From Lepidodermella squamata (lineage: Eukaryota > Animalia > Gastrotricha), in contig JBLDXI010000015.1 of NCBI GenBank assembly GCA_047495785.1, forward strand, positions 3,782,001-3,846,000: 64,000 bases of DNA, given 5' to 3'. Made by a program: the position numbers and the translations under genes. Positions 60,350 to 64,000 of this stretch are shown here, in pieces (position 1 is the first letter of the stretch; the number at the start of each line of letters is the position of its first letter). The notes below the pieces were generated by a model. The model saw nothing but the letters and a program-made list of their open reading frames with translations, did no database searches and had not been told where the DNA came from.

Positions 60350-61585
60350 GAAAATTTTATATATATTTTGGATCATGCCTTTGAATAAACAATCTCGAGT
60401 TGAAAAAAGTCTTCGCGTTATTTTGAACTTCGTGTTTTATTTTGTTTCAGCTTTTTCTACGCCAGAAATAATAAAACAAAACACTGCGATTCTCTTCATT
60501 ATCATCATCATCATTCAAATAGACGAACAAACTACTGATTGTTTGTATTTTCTCATATATCGCGAATATAGTTATATTTCGATTGCCATAGATGTAATTG
60601 AAGTATACAATATAAACGGAAGTGATACATTGAATTTCTGGAATATACGGTATCATTTCACAAAGTATCACTGATTTTTTTTCGTAGCAAGTGAAATTGG
60701 TCCGTCGCGATTTCTCTCTCGCGGATATTAAACAAAAAAAGCATGCCGTGCATCATCATCGTAATCTTCGTTGAGAACAAAGCAATAAGAGAGAACGAGT
60801 ACGTTGAGAGAAATAAGAATTCGATCTCATGGAGAAGCAGTGTGTTTTAGTGATTCGTGGTCGCGTGAGACCGATGAATAAGGCAACAAGACGCTATGGT
60901 ATTGTAATCATCACCAATAATCGAGAATCAAAAAATGAAAAATGGCAGCGGCGATTAAAGCCGCGTTATTATTTACAGATAATTCTTCACGGAGTAGTAA
61001 AACAAAAAATATGATCATCATAGCGTTTATTATCATTTTTTTCGATCGGTAATTTTTTATAATAATAATAATAGAATCATTTGGAAGATTTGCAATGAAA
61101 CGCACGTGTTTTTTCTGCTATAATAATATATAGAAACCGAACAAATTGATATTACACTTGAACATAGATTGCAAGTTTTCTTTATACAGACTAGGAAGAG
61201 AAGCGACGATCGTCAACAAAACTAATATCGCCCGCGTGAAGAAGAGAACAAAAAAAATGATACAACGCGTGGCAAGGCGAATTTTCAAAAAAAAGAAGAC
61301 ATGCGATAATTTTTTTTCGTTATGAACAATTGAAACAGGAATGTGTGACGAAGTGCGCAGTGTGCTTGCGTGATTCTTCAGATGATGATATTTACACAGA
61401 TCAATTATATGATATAAGGTAGATAGATAGCAATAAGGCCCAAAAACTTTCGATGATTCAATCGTCAGGTGAAGGCGGAGAAAAAAACGAAATATAAAAA
61501 ACTTATTACACAAGGCAGCGTAGGTAACTAAAAAATATTTAGTGGCATTCATTTTTTTTTATCAAGGCAAGCAATTCAAGATCTA

Positions 61586-64000
61586 TCATTGGATGTAAGA
61601 GGCAATTTGCGATTTGCCATTCGATTGCACTTCACTCGCGTTCAGATCGCAGTCTTCTTCGAAGTCCTCCATCATCTCGTCGTCCTCGTCGAGAATTTCG
61701 TCGTCGACAACCGACGCCGATGACGTTGTTAAGGCGGACGAGTCCGTCAACGGCAGCCGGCCCGCCGGCATTTCAGCCCGCGGGAAGATGGCCAGCTCGT
61801 TCGAAGCACCCTCAGAGCCCTTCACCACCTCAGATTCCAACTCGCCGTCGGTCGTGTGCGACTCGGTCGAGTTGATCGTAGCGCCGCATTCGTGTTTCCG
61901 AACATGCCGCTCGAGGTTGGTCGACTGCGCGAACGACTGGTCGCAGTACTGGCAGCGGTACGGCTTCTCCTTGTTGTGAATATTTCGAACGTGGCGCTGT
62001 AGGTTCGACGAAATCGAGAAGGAACGCTCGCAGAACTTGCACTTGTACGGCTGTTCGCCCGTGTGCGTTCTCAAGTGTCGCGTCAAATTCGCAGAACGAG
62101 GAAAGAGTTTGCCGCAGAATCGGCACGTGTAGCGGTCCCGGTTTTTAACCGAAGACGACGTCGGCGCCGGGTGGTTGTGGCTGTGGTGATTCCGATGGCC
62201 GGTCGATTGAATTTCATTGGCCGAGACAACAGGCGATGACGTCACGTTGTTGTTGCTGTTCGACGGCGGTGATGAGAACCCGCTGTCCGCATTTGCCGGC
62301 TGCTTCTGACCCTGGTACCCGGTCAGCAGGCTTTGCAGCTTCGCGATTTCGAGCGGGAGGCCGAGAGTTGCGGATGACGCGTTGTTCGCGCTCAGGGCGA
62401 GCAGGGTGGCCCAGGGCGACGCGGGTGCCGGCGGGGTGCTCGGGACCGGGGTCGGCGCCGGGTTCAGCCCCATCAAACCAGCCAGGCGGGCGTAGGTCTC
62501 CAACTGCTGCCTCTGCTGTTGTTGCTGCTGATTCTGCGCCAACAGGCTCAAAATCGGGTTCGACGAAAACGGAGACGCGGCTTGTTGCTTCGCCGCTAAT
62601 TGCAACAACTCGACCAAGTTCGAATTCTGCGAATTTTGCTGACCCTGGAACACGTTAGACGGCAGCTTATCGTCCGATGCCGATGACGACGGGGTTGAAA
62701 CTGGCGGCGATGGCTGGTTATTAGGGTGGCGCGGCACCGGTGACGCAGCGACTGGTTTGACGATGGCCGGCCTTTTCACGGACAGGTCGAGCGCGGCTGG
62801 TTCCGGCTCGGATTTGACGCGTTTCGCGGCGGACAAATCGAAAGCTTGCTCAGCAGATCGCTTCATCTCGACCGGCTTCTCCTTCTTCGGCTCGGCGACG
62901 ACCACCAACGGCTGTTGTTTCGGCTGTTGTTGCTTCACCAACTCGTTCATCGCCACCTGGAGCAGGGCGGTTATCGAGGCGGATGAGCCGCCCTGGCTAG
63001 CGGTTTCGAGTAGGTTGGGCAGCAACGCGCTCAGCGGGTTGGTTGGTACGAAGGCGGACGTTCGCGAGGTCAGATCTTGAGCCGGGTGCGACGAGGTCGA
63101 GGAAGATGAGGATGTCGATGAGGCGGATGGCACCTGTTTGTGGCCACCGTGCATGGCGATGGGCGACGGCAGGCCGCACGACCCGATTTGGTTCGCCATC
63201 GCCATCACCGGCGTCGAGCTGGTCGGCGGCGCGGCGATGTGCAGCGGTTTCGAGTGGCTGTGGTTGTGGTGGTGGTTGCCTGATTGCTGGTGGTTACCTG
63301 GGGTGCTCCGGCTAGGGCGCTCGCTCGTCGACGGCGCGCTGGGTTGAGGCGACGGCGCGGGCGGTTGGCCGCCGTTCGCTGCCAGGACGGCCTCGCAGAA
63401 TCGACGGTGCTTTGAAAGCGAAGTGACTGTCGAGAAATGCTGGCCGCATTCCGAACACCGGACTTGCTGGCGACAGTCGGCGTGCATCCGCTTGTGACGG
63501 CACAAGTTCGAAAACTGGGTATAGGCCTTCATGCAAACCTAGAAAAAATGAAAAAAAATTAGAAAAAATGTTGGAAAAACTCGTTTCAAAATTTTTAAAA
63601 ATTAATTAAAAAATTTTCAGAATTTTTTCATAAATAATTAATAATTAGTTAAAAATTAATTATTTAATAATTTTAAAAATTAAATTAAAATTTAGAATTA
63701 AATTGAATAAAAAAAATAATCAAAATTTTTTTACCTCGCACTGAAACGGTTTAACTGAGCTGTGAATGTGCTGGTGTTGCTTGAGCCCGGAGCTGGTAGC
63801 GAAAGACTTGCCGCATTCGTCGCAGGTGAACGATCGCCCAGCCGGCGAATGGAAGGCACGGTAGTGGCGTTGCAGGTTGCCAGGGTCGCAGAACGTTTTC
63901 TCGCATTCAGGGCACTGGAAACGGCCGTCGTTGCGCACGTATTTCAGCGGCGAACCGAGCGGGTCGTTGGGGTCGTTCGACCAAGTATCCGCGCCGTTCA
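61586..64000 (-). CDS. MECOM: MECOM/PRDM16/hamlet/EGL-43-family C2H2 zinc-finger factor, 3' part
   Basis: [25 protein letters not shown]|[19 protein letters not shown]; CtBP-type motifs AFDLS and ALDLS; [31 protein letters not shown]...[17 protein letters not shown]; acidic tail; intron 63734-63540. Confidence 0.93.

Noticed and set aside
60348-61552. Hydrophobic ORFs between cyclin H and MECOM
   Set aside because: AT-rich convergent 3' UTR or intergenic sequence that gives spurious F/I/L-rich translations.
1-64000. Prokaryotic systems (CRISPR arrays, defence islands, bacterial operons), rRNA and tRNA
   Set aside because: The DNA is intron-containing animal sequence; no regularly spaced repeats or recognisable structural RNA genes were seen.

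Overview
This window is eukaryotic genomic DNA from a gene-dense animal, probably an invertebrate; the species cannot be identified from the sequence. Many introns are about 45-60 bp. I found no prokaryotic operons, rRNA, tRNA or CRISPR. Left to right: HHAT-like MBOAT (-, runs off the left edge); Tudor-domain gene with decayed Tudor-like sequence upstream (+); NOP53 (+); NAB co-repressor with an apparently fused FLYWCH exon and a cluster of EGR sites upstream (-); a tightly packed co-oriented trio TRAPPC5 / bacterial-type double-domain CsaA / PSMB4 (-); two tandem dual-acylation coiled-coil genes (+); three tandem 5-HT2-like GPCRs with very long ICL3 (+); MAP10-like (-); two tandem phosphorylase kinase alpha genes (-); two tandem DHCR24 genes (+); cyclin H with transposon relics in one intron (+); and a MECOM/PRDM16/hamlet-like gene (-, runs off the right edge). 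The best leads are (1) the FLYWCH-NAB fusion with a possible EGR feedback module, (2) a probably horizontally acquired single-chain CsaA pseudo-dimer inside an operon-like cluster, and (3) GPCR paralogs that lost the amine-binding Asp3.32 but keep a conserved motif island in ICL3. All gene models were spliced by eye and family calls come from remembered motifs, not database searches.
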